Of a stretch of 64,000 nt of DNA, positions 38,807 to 51,300 are shown one piece after another. Numbering within the stretch: the first letter of the stretch is position 1; each line of letters opens with the position of its first letter. Position numbers and translations under genes: made by a program. Source of the DNA: Vicugna vicugna (taxonomy: Eukaryota); contig MU058257.1 of the NCBI GenBank assembly GCA_013265495.1, forward strand, positions 124,001 to 188,000. The letters are read 5' to 3'. The notes under the pieces are model-generated. The model was not told where the DNA came from, did not search any database, and saw nothing but the letters and a program-made list of their open reading frames with translations.

Positions 38807-40868
38807 TGGCTATCATCTGACACAGCTGCCTTATTTAAAAAGTATTATTATTCAAAAACCATTCCCCTTGAAATAACACCTTTGCATTTTCCTGTCTGAA
38901 GATGGAGGCAGAGAGATGTTTCAGATGAGAAAACTGAACACGGGATAGTAGAACCACCTCGTGGATCTGAACAGAATTTCAAGGACTCTGAGAGAAAAGG
39001 AAATTTAGAGATCATCTAATCCCATCCCTGCTTTTTTATCCAGTCCTTTTATTTTACAGGTAAAAAAGCCTGAGGCCCAGAAACACAAAATGACTTTCTC
39101 AAGTTCTCACAGCTGGTTGGTGGCCTGGCCGGAGCCGAGGCCTCTCAACTCCCAGCCATCCTACCACGTAGCTTTCTCGTACCTTCTCTGCATGTTTCCT
39201 ACAGATCCGAGGAGTTGATGGATGTACTAACCCCTTTAGGATTCCATTTCAGTGTCCTCCCCCACCGCCTTCACAGTTCAGTGTCTGTCGTAAGTCAACC
39301 TGAAGCCGCTTGGCTCCCGGAGTCCTTCCCCATATCGTACCCAAGGCCGTGAGGTCCTGGCAGAGACGGTGGTAGGACACCCCTGCAGGTCTTTTCGCTA
39401 GACTCTCGCTAGATATTTGATGCACATCACTAAACAGCATGATAAATAATACCACTTATCATTTTGTAAAGGGGAAAAGATGTCACGGACTAGGGTCCAA
39501 ATTTTGCAGTAATGGAATTAAATCATCTTGATTAGACTAGCTGTCTCTCGAGTGCCTCTCAAGTAAAATCTCAGTCTGGGGGCTGCTTTGAATACAGCTA
39601 ACGGCCGACTCCCTCCTCCTTCCGTGGGTCCTGATGAGAGCACCCGAGAGAGGAATCCCCCTTTTTTGTACATGCAATTTCATCCCTGGATTCGAGACCC
39701 ACTGGCCAGACCTTCCTCATCCAGTCTGTCCAAGCCAGCAACACTTGGTCCTTTTTACAGATTTAACAATGCCTCTGTTATCTCTTTAAGGTCTTTTTTC
39801 TCCTTCCAAATTTGAGTGTGTCAGGGAGGGGCAGGGCAGGGGTATAAATCCCTGTGTTTCTGCAGACCAGAACCACCAGAACCAACCAGGTCAAGGTCAC
39901 AATCAGGCATCCATTGATATGATCTCAATCCATTGCACTCAAGCAACTTTCTGTTGGTCTCGTTTTAACAAAATGGATACAGATTTTTATAGTGGAAACA
40001 CCTGTTGATTTTTTTCCCTCAACCCCGTCAGCCAGCATGTTTTGACGATGCTAGGGATCAGCACTAAGTTAGGTTCTGGTGAACAAACCCCACCCTGGGA
40101 CCAGTGGGAAGCAGAGGCGGCCCCAGCCCAGGGGTGGAGACAGCGCTCTGGTAGGGGAGAAAGCCACCGGGAGAGGGGAACAACTTGGAAGGAAGAGGAT
40201 AGAGGCTGAAATCGAAACGGTACTTTCTAAAAATTTAAAAAGCAGCGTCCGAATTTGAAACAGTGAAGAGCACACCTAGGCTCAGCATTTTTTGTTATCA
40301 GGTGGCATTCTTTTGCATCCTTTATAAAAATTACAGAAAATACAGGGAAGGAGATGTAAGCCACTTCTGCCGCCCGGGGATAGCCGTTGCTATCGGGTGT
40401 TTCCCAGGCTTTCCTCTGCGTGTGTTTACTTACACAATGGAGATCAGACCCATACAATTTTCTTTCCTGAGGTTTGGTTTTGTCTTACCACCTAGCAAGC
40501 ATTTTCCATTTTAGTACAAATCTTCACATGCATCATTCTAATAGCTGCACAATACTCTGTTTTACAGGTAAATCATATTTATGTGGCCATTTTCTATTCC
40601 TGGACAATGGAAATGGACATACTCTAATACTAACCCACATTCACGGGTTTTCTTGTAAAAATTGTCATTACTTTTCTAATGGCTAAAATTGCTCATTTGG
40701 CACAACTGAAGCCTGGGCTGAGAAACAGTGATTTAGATGTGAAACACAGACACCTCCCCTAAGAGGTTCCGCAGTTATCAGAACGCCTGCCGGTCTGACC
40801 GTGTCTTGGAAAGCAAACAACTCTTTCTTAGAGGAGCGGCCCCCTTCACTTTCTCACCTCTGTTGTAG

Positions 40869-40930
40869 GTTATGTGTTTGACACCAGGGGAGAAAACACG
40901 GAAGACACAGAGACAGGTCTCACTGCCTAG
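40869..40930 (+). CDS. BEND7: BEND7 candidate terminal coding exon A (GYVFDTRGENTEDTETGLTA*)
   Basis: Strong pyrimidine tract ccccttcactttctcacctctgttgtag|GT. The phase-1 join gives 20 aa and a TAG at 40928-40930, followed by UTR-like sequence. It resembles my recollection of a rodent Bend7 C-terminus (not verified). Confidence 0.65.
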
Positions 40931-42428
40931 ACTCACACGTAGTGACAGTCTCCCTTAGCACGTGCACCTCTTCCACTGCAATTTCCTCTAAGGTCTGCTA
41001 GCATTTCAGGTTACTGCCAAGTGTGGGCGCTCTGTGAGGGCGACTCGTCACGTCTGAATAGTGTTCTTATACTTCATGTGATAATCAAGCCTCCAATTTG
41101 GTCTAAGATGTTTAAAAATCATCTTTAGAGTTGAATTTTCACACTTTAAATGTCCAACGTATCATCCGGTTAGTTCATTGTCCATTCCCTGGTGTTCTTC
41201 AATGTGAATATAGTATAGAGTTTTGAAGCATATTTATTTTAACGTAAATTGCTTAGATGCTGTATCAAGGAGTATGGCTCTTTCTAGGACCGAAGGAGCA
41301 GTTGTGAAGACCAAAATTAATTAGACCTTCATCAGCTTAGAGGATGGAAAAGTTTCGGGAGACAGGACAGCTCTGATCTATTAGACGAAATCATTTGTGA
41401 CATCATTTTCCTACAAAATAATCATTTGTCACTCATAAGTGTAAGTGATACATGAATTCCTAGGAAAGGAAAATCTTTCACGTAAGTTGTGTCGACATAG
41501 TGACAAAATAACTAATTAAAAGGTGAGAAGCTCAAAGTAGTTATCCACACAATACCTGACAACTATTTGACAGATGGTTTTTACTGAGTGTTGTGATGTT
41601 GTGTGGCGACTGGCCACAGATACACATAACATTATATTATTCATTTGGTCCTGGTACACCTGCCTCCACTTTATATAAAGCCAACAGATGAAAATGTGGA
41701 TGCATTTTAAAGAAATGCTTTACCATGTGGGTATTTGTTTTACGGAAATATTTGCCTCCAGATTCCTTTTTCTAAGAAAATGGTGAATTTAAAATACCTT
41801 TTTTTATTGGGAGGCACTGCATTTCCACCTCATTTATTGTATAAAGCAAATTACTGTGACTCTTTGGCACTTGACCCAAAAGCCAAAAATTGTCCAGAAG
41901 AAATCTGAACAGTACAAACACCAAACCCCAGAGGGAAAAAAATGCTGTGCTTGCACTTAACACATCTCCCTAGCATTTACCAAATCACAGAATGTTAAAG
42001 CTCAGAGGCATTGTTTGGGCCCCTCAGCCCCACACCCTTGTTTGGCGGTGAGGCCGCTGGAGAGTGAGGCCCGTGGCTGCCCAGGGCCGGGTAACAGCCC
42101 ATCAGCGGCCCGGCCAAGCCTGGAACCTAAATTCCTTACTACCCTGTCCAAGGTATTCGTGCCACACACGTCACGCCGGACAGCTAAGCCTGAGCGAGGA
42201 GGGGGCCCTGGGATGAATCCGTACCCCACCGAAGCCCAGCTAATCAACCCGAGACCATAGGACGCATCCCTGGACCGTGTCAAAGCTGGTTCTAGGTGTG
42301 GCTTGTGGAATCAGTGCAGCCACTAGACAGCTCCATCTCATATCTGCCTGTCTTTTATTTATCTTTTTTTGAGCCTCAAGGAAGGTTCAGATAAATGGTT
42401 TCCATCACACATTTAGTTCTCCTTTTAG

Positions 42429-42481
42429 ATTTCAAGCCTGTTAGTAACCCCTTCCTGGAAACCAGTCCCTCTGCTCACTAA
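42429..42481 (+). CDS. BEND7: BEND7 candidate terminal coding exon B (DFKPVSNPFLETSPSAH*)
   Basis: Acceptor atttagttctccttttag|AT. The phase-1 join is open to TAA at 42479-42481. A second AG at 42481-42482 would give GV* (42483-42490). Confidence 0.55.
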
Positions 42482-43127
42482 GGGGTCTGATGAAGTACTG
42501 CGAACCCGGGCTTTTGTTTTTCTGCAACATGTGTTTTAAAATTTGCCTTCTGCCTCCCAGAAGGATATCTTTCTCAAGGGAATTGAAAAGATTAATTAGT
42601 GACCTTTCAACTCTGTTACAGTAAGATGAATACGTTGCGAATAAAGGTGGAAACATTCACCTTACGGCTGTGCATTCTGTTAAACATACACCGGGAAGCT
42701 TCAAAGCACTTCCTGCCAAGGCTGGGCAAGAGCTTGAATTTTTCAATACTTGAGGAGGGGTGGGGATCGTGCAGCGCACAGAAAATATGCAATGGATTCA
42801 CACATGGGAAATACATTTCATAAAAGTGCAAAATCATATTTTGTAAATTAAAATTGTATTTGTGTTTACTTAACTGTGACTACTGTTCAGACTTTATTCA
42901 GAAATCCTTTTTATAGGCTTTCTTAGCAAAGAAAAATTCCATATCTATGGATAATGTCTCAATTTTCTGTATATATGTTTTATTAATATGTAAATATTTA
43001 GATTTTTTAAGATGACTATGTTCTTTAAAAAAAAAATTCAACACAAGGCTAGCTGTGAAAATGGTGTGTAACGTGTGTTGTGATACCAGTTCCCAAGACG
43101 CCCTTTCTGTCCGTTCTGGAAGAATAC

Positions 43128-43133
43128 AATAAA
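43128..43133 (+). terminator. Candidate polyadenylation signal AATAAA
   Basis: Canonical hexamer at the end of the AT-rich UTR-like block. Alternatives are at 42640 and 43289. Confidence 0.5.
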
Positions 43134-43805
43134 TTACTTTAATTGGACATGCCTGTTTCATGACTGTGTCCCAGTCCTCCTGCGTTTGTAAAGAGGAGTT
43201 AATGCTAGTCATTAATTAAAGGGTATTTATTAATACTCTTGTGATCTTACACAGGAACTTTTATCTCCTTATGAAGTTAATTTTTAAAAATAAACGAAGA
43301 AACCGCATTGCTACCAGAAAGAGCGTGTTTGAATGTATTAAGTCACGGGCTGTGGCTGGCGGTCAGATCAGTGGCTGTAGCAAGTCCCACAGTAACACTT
43401 GAGCAGTAAGTACTGATAGGCTTGAAGCCTAATTTTAAATGAATTAGGGAGCTTTATAATCTTCACCTAAAAGGTTAAGCCCTGCTTCTATGGAAACAAC
43501 ACAGCAGAAGGACAAATCAATCTTCTCTAATGCAAAGTGGCCGTTAAAACGTAATTGCTTTATTCTCCTCTCTGAACACAGGGGGGCGCTCCTCCTTGTG
43601 GGTCCTGGCCCCCTCCTCCCTCCAAAAGCCACTCCCAGCCCCCAGCCCCCAGCACCCCCAGGCTGGTCTGTGGGCTCTGTCTGGGCTTTGGCTGGGGGTC
43701 TGGTTCTTGGGCCCTCATTTTGGGGATGCTGAGCTATTCTGCAGCTGGGAGAGGGGCTGGGTGTGGGGTGATGGGGAGTAGCTGTCAATAAGAAAGCAGC
43801 TGAGT

Positions 43806-43970
43806 GGGGAGGGTGTAGCTCAGTGGTAGAGCACGTGCTTAGCATGCACAAGGTGGTAGGTTCAATCCCCAGTACTTCCATTAAAATAAAAATAAATTTT
43901 AAAAAAATCTAATTTCCTCCTCCTACTAAAAAAAAAAAATTTTTTAAGTTAAAATAGCAAGCAAGCAAGC
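43806..43970 (+). mobile_element. tRNA-Ala-derived camelid SINE (Vic-1-like)
   Basis: GGGGAGGGTGTAGCTCAGTGGTAGAGCACGTGCTTAGCATGCACAAGGTGGTAGGTTCAATCCCCAGTACTTCCA head (A/B-box-like) with A-rich tail. TSD AAGCAGCTG at 43794-43802 and 43971-43979. Confidence 0.92.
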
Positions 43971-44649
43971 AAGCAGCTGGACTGCAGGAGGGAAAGCGAC
44001 AGGGTGAATAGCTTACAAAGAAAAAAATCTAAACCCTGCCAGCCGGAGTCTTCCACGTACCCGCACCTCTTGGAAGCTGGGAGCCTGGCACCAGCCTGCC
44101 TGTCCTGCTGTAACACCTCCAAGGCGTCGTGTGGCCCTTTGTGCCGTGAAATCATCTGTAAGGTGCCACGTCATGTGGCCTGGCCCAAGGGCCCTGGGAT
44201 GCCCTTGCCCCCGCATACTGGTGAGGTCTGTGCCTTCTAGGTGGCCTGGCTGACACCCTATAGGGCTTTCTCATCCACTGTGAGGGGACCCAGTCTCACC
44301 ACCAGAGGCTCCTCCAAAAAGGGGGCTGCTGGGGTTCACGTAGAATAAAAGCTCACACAGCTGCCTCAGTTTCTCCCCTCCTACCGGCCCAGCCTTAAAA
44401 CTGAGCGACTGGGCGATGGCAGCTGGCTCGTTTCCCAGCTGCACCCTGAGCCTGGTTAAGGTGTTTACTGAACACCCGCTGTAGGTCGATGCTGTGTTGG
44501 GTGAGCACAGCTGGGGCGGGGATGCAAGGGACGAGAACTGAAGCTGGGGACCAGCCACACCAGGCCCTGTGGGCCACCCTGAGGAGCTGGAAGGCGTAGG
44601 GGACACTGAAGCTTTCTGAGTGTGTGTTTGCTCAGAGTCATATGCTATC

Positions 44650-44957
44650 TTTTTTGAAATTGAAGTCCACTCAGTTTAAAATGTGTCAATTTCTGGTATA
44701 CAGTGTAATCTTTCAGCTGTACATACACATACATATATTCATTTCCATATTCTTTATAGGTTGCTATGAGATACTGAATATAGTTCCCTGTGCTGTACAG
44801 TAGGGCCTTGCTGCTTATCTATTTATAGTAGTTACTACCCGCAAATCTCCATCTCCCAATTTATCTCTTCACACCATACAACTTAAAACAAAAAAACAAA
44901 CAACCCAATCCAAAAATGGGCAGAAGACCTGAACAAGCAATTCTCCAGTGAAGACAT
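44650..44957 (-). mobile_element. L1 insertion with inverted 5' segment
   Basis: 44650-~44872 is an antisense L1 3'UTR (homologous to 30718-30889). ~44876-44957 is sense-strand L1 ORF2 (..KTNNPIQKWAEDLNKQFSSED). Confidence 0.8.
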
Positions 44958-47030
44958 GTGCCGTCCTGATGCATCTGGCTGAAGTCTGGAGCGGTAACTG
45001 GAGGGTGCAAGCCTAAAGCAAGGAGTCCCACTCAGAAGCGGTGGGAATAGCCAGGGATGGAGGAAGAGGACCCAAGTGGCCAGAGCCCAACACATCAAGC
45101 ATAGAGGAAGGCCAGTAGGATGCGGTGGTGCACTCGCTTCAGGTCGGGGAGGGAGTGCAGCTTTCAGGAGGAGGAAGGAGGTGCCAGAGCGGACACCCAG
45201 ACCTCTGGCTGGGAAAACGTGGTTACCATGTGCGATCACAAATCCTGGGAACACAGTGGGAACGACAACTTCGAGAAAGATGACAGACAAGTTCAGGTGC
45301 AGATGGCACTCTGTTCCTTCATTCAACAAGTGTTCGTGGAACACTTAGGGTCTGCCTGATACTGTTCTGGGGGCTGGAAGCAAGCAGAGAGCCCCGGGAG
45401 ACACCAGTATCTAAGGTTCTTTGTGTCCCTGAACTAGAGGAGGGAACCTAAACTTGGTAGCTTTGTCCTAAGCGAGAGTCGATCCAGATTTGAAACCCCA
45501 TCCCCATTCCGCATAATGCAAGTCTCCACTAAACCATGTCATCACAGAAGGGTCTGTGACTGTTGGCTCACAGGTGGCCCCCAGGCTCCCTCAAGTCCCA
45601 GTCTTTTGGTCCCTTGGTGTCACTTAACATGCTCTGAAACTGTCTTGCTTATTTCTGTGTTTATTATCCATTTTTCCTGTGGAATCTAAGCATTGTGATG
45701 TCAGAGATCTTATCTTTAAGGCCACTTAGATTTCAGTCCTTAAGGAAAACATTTAAGACACCCTTCCCCCACTCCCCGTCCTCCCCAGAAGGAGTGGCTG
45801 AGGACAGACACCACCCTCTCCCTTCTTCTGTGTCCTGTAGTCTTAGATTGCATGGGCTTCTTCCATCCCTATGTCCACACTCTTCATAAATGGTGGCGAA
45901 ACTCTCAGTAAATCTACCAGAGGGATACTGGGTCCACTTCATGAGAATCTGTAACTCTAATGCTTCAGAGCAATGCTTTGAATTTACACCAACTCCTTTT
46001 GCATTTTGTAACCTCTAAAAGCACGATATTGATCATTCCCTCCAAAATATGTATTATGTACATGTGTTTATTATTTACTTCCTTTTTGTTATCAGTGAAA
46101 TTAAAAGAATGTAAAAGAGTCATAATGGAAAAGCCGAGAACAACCTAGAGATGGAACCCAGGGGGCATAATCCACAGTGTGCAGTGTTTTACACATGCTG
46201 ATGTTCCAAAAAGACCTGATACTTAAGGGCCTTTTAAATTATGTTTTACCTTTCTTTTTTGGCCACTTTTTTATTTGTTAATACTGAGAAACTGAAGGCA
46301 ACTTTAAACCTAAATGCTGAGACTAAGCCACTTCGGCTAATTCCTTTGAAATACTTTGCAAAAATGAAACCAATGCAGGTGTGTTAACCAGAGGAGCTGG
46401 TCAACCAGCCTCCTGAATTCTAGTCGTATGTACTCTGTGCCACGATGCTACCCAGATGCCAAAAGTGGAGGGCCCTCGATGTAAATATGGAGCAAAAACA
46501 ATCAGTCTTACAAAGGAAATTGAGCATCCTAAATTGGTTCAATGAAGTGGTGGACCAACTGCATATTCTGGTAGAAAAACTATTTTCTCTGTACTCTAGC
46601 AATGGAGGGAGAAAGAATGCAGTATAACAGATGGCACTTACTCTGTATATGACTGACTTAAGCATCCTCCAAAGGTGGTGTATTTCTAACCACTGGATAG
46701 AAAAGATCAGATCAATTAACAGCCCAGCGCTAACCCCATCCCCCTCTTGAGATAAACGCCATTGCCCTGCAGCATCCTGAGAAGGAATATGTCATTGGTG
46801 TGAAGCAATGCCACCTCCCTCCACACCTTCACCCCCTGTAACATGGACCTATAACTGTGGGCAGCTCTGACTTGTTAAGATTTAGTTTGTTCTATGGTTT
46901 GTGTCATAGACTCTTCAAGTGTTTGTCCTACCCACCTCCATAATGTCAGTGTTCTGGGGAGCCGTAACCGTGGCTGGTCTTTCCTTAACTTTGTCCCAGT
47001 GAACAAAGTTATGGTAGACTGGGTATATTT

Positions 47031-47189
47031 TATTTTACTTTATTATTTTTGTTTGTTTGTTTGTTTGTTGGAGGTAATTAGTTTTACTTACTTACTTATT
47101 TATTTTATTTAATGGAGGTACTGGGGATTGAACCCATGACCTCATGCATGCTAAGCATGCACTCTACCACTGAGCTATACTGTCCTCTC
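47031..47189 (-). mobile_element. tRNA-Ala-derived camelid SINE (Vic-1-like)
   Basis: atggaggtactggggattgaaccc...catgctaagcatgcactctaccactgagctatac. 12-bp TSD CTGGGTATATTT at 47019-47030 and 47190-47201. Confidence 0.9.
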
Positions 47190-47631
47190 CTGGGTATATT
47201 TGAAAGGTCCAACTGACTCCCAGCTCCTGGCTGCTGACCATATTAAGAGATGGGAGCCAAAATGCACCTTGATCACGCCTGGCATTTTAACATACAGCTT
47301 TAGAAAATGAGCAGACTGTCAAAGGCCACTTTGATTGGGAAGTCCCCAGTGACTCTGGAGGTGGAGAAGAGGAGGCGGTGGAAGTTGACAAAATTCACCT
47401 GAATTCAGCTGAAAGATTGAATGCAAGAGAAAACCCAAGCAATGCTCTAAAAATTGTGAGAGAGACTTACTCCCCTCCCCTCCTTCCTCCCATTTAAACA
47501 TATTATAAAACTACTGAAATTGAAGCTGTGGTTTCGATACAAGAATAGACAGACCCATAAAACAGAATGGAAAGTTAGGGAAAAACTTGTCTATATACAG
47601 CATGTATCAAAGGTGTTGTAATAATTAGCAT

Positions 47632-48100
47632 AATGTATGTTAAGCTGCTATAACAAAGAGCCCCTGAAATAAAGTGGCTCAGTTGCAATACAGATGTTTT
47701 GTCCTCTAACTCATTACAGCCTAGAATTGGGTGGGTGGACCCAGGTGGTGGCAGGCAGCTCTGCTCCATGCAGTCATTCAGAAACCCAGCTACATCCATC
47801 TTACTGTTCTGCCACCGCCCGGGAGACAGCCTCGTCCACGTGGTCAAAGCTGGCTCTCCAGTAGAAGTCTATATTTAAGGCTATGGGAAGGGGGAGTAAT
47901 ATTGGAGGGGAAGCAATTTCCTTATGAAAACATGTCTTTGGGATTTCATACCTCACTTCTGCTTACATCTTGTTGGCCACAACCTAGCACCAAAGGAAAC
48001 TAGGAAATAGCGTCTCTAGCAGGATGGCTATGTGCCCAGCGAAGGCTAGGGCTCTGTTACTACCGAGAGGAAGAATGGGGGCCATAAGCTGTGGTACCGC
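47632..48100. mobile_element. Old MLT1-type (ERVL-MaLR) solo LTR
   Basis: taagctgctataacaaag...aagtggctca...gcagctctgctccatgcagtcattcag...acttctgcttacatcttgttggcca. Confidence 0.65.
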
Positions 48101-48107
48101 AGGTGCT

Positions 48108-49356
48108 ACTTTCACTGTTGGGAAAAGGACGGTTTCTTCAGTAAACAGTGCCGAGGAAAACTAGCTAGACGTGTATAAAAATTAATTTAGATATATACAA
48201 AAATTAGCTCAAAATCATAGACCCAAATGTAAGAGCTAAAACTGTAAAACCCTTAGAAGAAAACATAGGAGTAAATCTTCACACTTTTGGGTCAGGCAAT
48301 GGGTTCTTAGATATGACACTAAAACACAGGTCACAAGAGGAAAATGGACAAACCGGACATCATAGAAATTAAAAACTGTTGTGCTTCAAAGGACATTAAA
48401 AAAAAGTGAAAACACAGTTCACAGAAGTGGAGAAAAGCTTTGCAAATCAGATATCTGAAAAGGGACTTGTACGACTCAAAAAGAAAAAGACAAGTAACCT
48501 AACTTGAAAATGAGCAAAACCACTTGAACAGGCTTTTGTCCGGAGAAGATGCGTAAATAGCCAGTAGGCCAGTAAGCACGTGAAAAGACGCTCAAGATGG
48601 TTAGTCATTAGGGGAATGCAAACCAAAACCACAGCAAGACATCACTTTACACCCACAAAGCCAACTATGATCAAAATGACAGACAACAACAAGTGCTGGT
48701 GAGGATGTGGAGAAACTGGAGCCCTCAGCTTTTGGTGGGGATGTAAAATGGTGCAGGCTCTTTGGAAAACAGATCAGCAGTTCTTCCAAAAGTTAAATGT
48801 AGAGTTACCACATGACCCAGCAATGACACTCTAAGAGAACTGAAAACACACATCCATACAGAGACCTGTACATGAATGTTCAGAGCAGCATTATTCATAA
48901 TAGGCAAAAACTGGAAACAACTTGGATGCCCATCAATTGGTAGACGGATAAACAAAACGTGGCGTGTCCATGCAATGGATTATTATTTAGCGATAAAAAG
49001 CAGTGAAGAGTTGATACATGCTAACATGGACGAGCCTTGAAAACATGATGCTGAGTGAAAGAAACCAGACCCAGAGGCCACATATTCTATGAGTCCATTT
49101 ATAGGAAATGTTCAGATGAGGCAAGTCCCTAGAGATAGAAAGTAATTAGTGGTTACCCAGGACTAGGAAGGGAGCAGTAACAGGGAATGACTATAATGGA
49201 TGCAGGGTCTCCTCTTGGAATGATGAAAATGTGCTAAAAGTAGACAGTGGTGATGGTTGGACAACTCTGAATATATTAAAAACCACTGACTTGTACATTT
49301 TAAAAGGGTAAGTTTTACAGTATGTGAATTATATCTCAATAAAGCTGTTAAAAAAT
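48108..49356 (+). mobile_element. L1MB-type LINE-1, ORF2 3' end plus 3'UTR
   Basis: Degenerate ORF2 (aaatgtaagagctaaaactgtaaaacccttagaagaaaacatagg; ggtgaggatgtggagaaactgga) and terminal gtgaattatatctcaataaagctgttaaaaa. Confidence 0.9.
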
Positions 49357-49359
49357 AAT

Positions 49360-50970
49360 ACTAAAGTTGGACCCTCTTACTTTACTCTGTGTGTGGCAAT
49401 GAATTCCAAATGTGTCAAGGGTTTAAGCACAGCAAACAATAAGAATACTAGAAAATTTATAATGAATATTTATATAAGCTTGAGGAGAGAAAGGATTTCT
49501 CAAACAGGATGCCAGAGGAAGAAATCACCAAGTAAAAATTATTTGATCAACTAAAAACTCTAAATCATGCTTCAAAAATTTTACCGAGAGAAAGAGCAAA
49601 TGACAAAATGAGAAAAATATCTGCAGAATAAATGGCTTGTCAGAAAGAATATGCTTGTCATATAGCCAAGTCTTATAAACCAGATGGCCAATAAATGTTA
49701 AAATTAAATCAAGAAATGCAGATTAAAATAGTATGAACATTTTGGTTATTCAGTTGACAAATATTGAAGGAAAGATAGCACCAGTATTTCTTGGAACGAA
49801 GTGGCTAATTTCTTAGCCACTATGAATAGGCATGTTAATCGGTACAATATTTCTGATGGCAGTTTGACAATATAAATCAAATCTGATGAAATCTTTTGAC
49901 CCAGCAATTTTACTTGAAGGAATTTATCTGAAAGAAAGATAGATCCCCTCAAAGATCGAGCTACAGGGTGTTCATCTCAACATTGTACGTAGTTCAAGTG
50001 TTCTTAAAAATTAAAACGGTTTACACGTCAATAGTTTAAATTATAATACATCCTGAAATTGGAACACTGGGCAGCTATTTTTAGTGGTGTACACAGAAAT
50101 CAACAGTCAACTGATTGAAAAAGGTAGGTCACGGCGCAGTATCCACTGTAGGATCTTTTGAGTTTTTTTTAATACACAAACTCAGAAAAAAGTCTTAAGA
50201 GGACATCCCCCAGCTACTGAGAGCCACCTCTGGATGATGAGACTGTGGGTAATTTAAAATTCTCTTCCTATTGTTAATTTTCCTATAATGAACATGTGTT
50301 GCTTTTGCAGTGAAAAGGGAATTTATTTTTAAAACTTTTTAATAACGTAGAAAAATATTTACGGCGTGGAAAAATGTGCGTGATGTATTTGCTATTAAAT
50401 ATTATGTTCAGCCAGATCATATATTTTTCTTTCAGAAATGCACTTATTTTTATAGAGTTAGATATAACGATCATTGTGTGTAAATAACTGACAAATTGCA
50501 GCATGTCCAAAAATATATGTACATCAACAACCTTCTATAACATTAAAAAGGCATAGACGATGTGGCCTGATGATTCTGTAAAAGAAGTGTTTATACACGT
50601 GCATAGAAAAGAAGAATAGAAGTTGTTAATGGTAGTTTTCTCTGACTGGTAGAATCATCTGTGATTTTTAAAAATTATTGATCTAAATATTGTATCGATG
50701 TTAAATTTCACAAATATGTTAACTGCATTGTGATTATGTGAGGAGAGTACCTTGGCTTAATAAATATATAATTGGTACTAAGGAGTAACGGGATGATACA
50801 GGCAACTTACTCTCACCTGGATCAGAAAAAACAGTATACATATATATTCAACTAAAGCAAAAATGGTAAGTGTGGCAAAGTGTTAACAATGGATGCATCT
50901 AGAGAAAGATTTCATGAGAGCTCTGTACTACCCTTGCAATGCTCAAGTTTGAAACTATTTTTTAAAAATT
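49360..50970 (+). mobile_element. Older L1M (L1ME/L1MC-like) remnants
   Basis: Degraded L1 phrases: ttttgacccagcaattttactt, ggcagtttgacaatat, aaagtgttaacaatggatgcatctag, aagtttgaaactattt. Confidence 0.6.
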
Positions 50971-50984
50971 AAAAAAAAAAACAA

Positions 50985-51300
50985 AACATAAATACAAAAC
51001 AGAAACAGACTCACAGACATAGAATACAAACTTGTGGTTGCCAAGGGGGCAGGGGGTGGGAAGGAATAGACTGGGATTTTAAAATGCAGAATAGATAAGA
51101 TAATATTGTATAGAACAGGGAAATATAAATAAGATCTTGTGGTAACTCATAGCAGAAAAACTCTGTGACTGAATATATATATGTTCATATATAACTGAAA
51201 AATTTTGCTCTACACTAGAATTTGACACATACACTAGAATTTGACACAGCACTGTAAAATAACTATTACTCAATAAAAAAAAGTAAAAAAAAAGAAACAT
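50985..51300 (+). mobile_element. Younger lineage L1 3'UTR fragment
   Basis: acagaaacagactcacagacatagaatacaaacttgtggttgccaaggggg...aataaaaaaaagtaaaaaaaaa with an internal 19-bp tandem duplication. Confidence 0.85.

Larger units (their letters stand above)
40931..43310 (+). other. BEND7: BEND7 3'UTR (approximate maximum extent)
   Basis: Repeat-free AT-rich sequence after the candidate stops, with AATAAA at 42640-42645, 43128-43133 and 43289-43294. Confidence 0.55.

Noticed and set aside
43575..43592. CTCF-like motifs (acaggggggcgct; also ~63760)
   Set aside because: Several mismatches in the core, so not supportable without ChIP data.
43806..43880. Apparent tRNA-Ala(AGC) gene
   Set aside because: Acceptor and T stems are mismatched, and it has an A-rich tail, a TSD and four sibling copies in the window. 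It is a SINE head.
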